Translations under genes and position numbers: made by a program
Notes under the pieces: model-generated
The model's input: the letters and a program-made list of their open reading frames with translations, nothing else
Databases searched by the model: none
Told to the model about the DNA's origin: nothing
Shown: positions 63,131 through 64,000 of the stretch, piece by piece
Numbering within the stretch: the stretch's first letter is position 1
Layout of the letters: each line of letters opens with the position of its first letter
Assembly (NCBI GenBank): GCA_028534125.1
Contig: CM052817.1
Location: 7,318,001-7,382,000, forward strand
From: Lama glama
Lineage: Eukaryota
Length of the DNA stretch: 64,000 nt
Reading direction: 5' to 3'

Positions 63131-64000
63131 CAACAGAAGAACCTCCTGCGTTTGGTGGTCATGCTTCGTCCTTTGGGCCATACACACTCATATATGCACA
63201 CACACAATCAACTCTTACCCATGTTTTAAGTGGAAATTATAGTGATGTTTGCCTCCTTTTGGTTATAGTTCAAGGTAAAGAAAAAGTAAATTCTGGCTTA
63301 TGAGTTATTGATTGGAAGCAGGGGATCATTTGTCAAAGGAGTCATTGGCCTGAGATACCGGCAGCTGTTCTAACACACATGCCCCCATCGCAGATTTTTC
63401 CTGTTCATGTTCTGTTATGGATACACAAACCTTATTGATTGCATTCTTGAATTAAAGCTCAGCTCGATGGTTGCAAACACACCATTGCCTATAATACATT
63501 TATTTCTGAGCCTTGTTTAACTGTGGCAGCTAAGAAAATCAATGTGTAAGGCCCAGATAGACTGACCTTTAACAAACGAAATAAACTTTTTTTTCTCCCC
63601 TCCAGTCCTCATGCACTTTGAGTCCTGCTCTTTTATGATCTCATGATCTCCTGGTGCTTAGAAAATTCCACAAAACCAGTTTTGGGTAGCTTGAAGTGAA
63701 GATGACTTGGTAGAAAGAGAGAAAGGGGACCTTTGTACAGTCAATTTTTTCAGTTTCTTCTTTTTTTTGCCAGTCTTACTGAGGTCACCTTATGTTGGTA
63801 CCAGCATCATGAGTGTCTGCGTGTGTCCACACTCCCCAGACCGCACAGGCTGTGATTACTGGCCTAGTGCAGAGAACCCCTGTGAGCCGTTTGCTCCTGC
63901 ATCTTAATGCATCTTCACTTGTCTTCTGCTCCCTTTTTCTGGGAGTTGTGTTGATGGAGTTAAATTTGGCACCTCAGTATGTAAAAGCAAATAAAAATGT

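Noticed and set aside
1..64000. CRISPR arrays, operons, defence systems or other prokaryotic-type systems
   Set aside because: The DNA is clearly mammalian; there are no repeat-spacer arrays or gene-dense tracts.

Overview
Repeat-rich, apparently non-coding mammalian DNA (intergenic or deep intronic). Two tRNA-headed SINEs of the Vic-1 type and the L1 3' ends point to a camelid (alpaca, llama or camel). I found no protein-coding exon, functional RNA gene or processed pseudogene I can support. The longer ORFs in the track come from L1 or LTR fossils, microsatellites, a CA-rich tract or a 500-N gap. The main structure is a roughly 10 kb nested stack (about 9.2-19.2 kb): an old L1 interrupted by an L2, which is itself interrupted by an L1MC1-like 3' end, and by a two-LTR ERV-L provirus that keeps gag, protease, RNase H, integrase and dUTPase remnants but lacks RT. 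Other points of interest are a younger solo LTR inside a MER21-type LTR, a twin-primed L1, two L1 3' ends inside one TSD, a templated-inversion scar, a MER53 hairpin 19/21 identical to miR-1302, CpG-rich patches over ancient repeats, and several motif clusters. I did not find a convincing new biological system. Repeat family names and consensus sequences are recalled from memory and were not checked by search.
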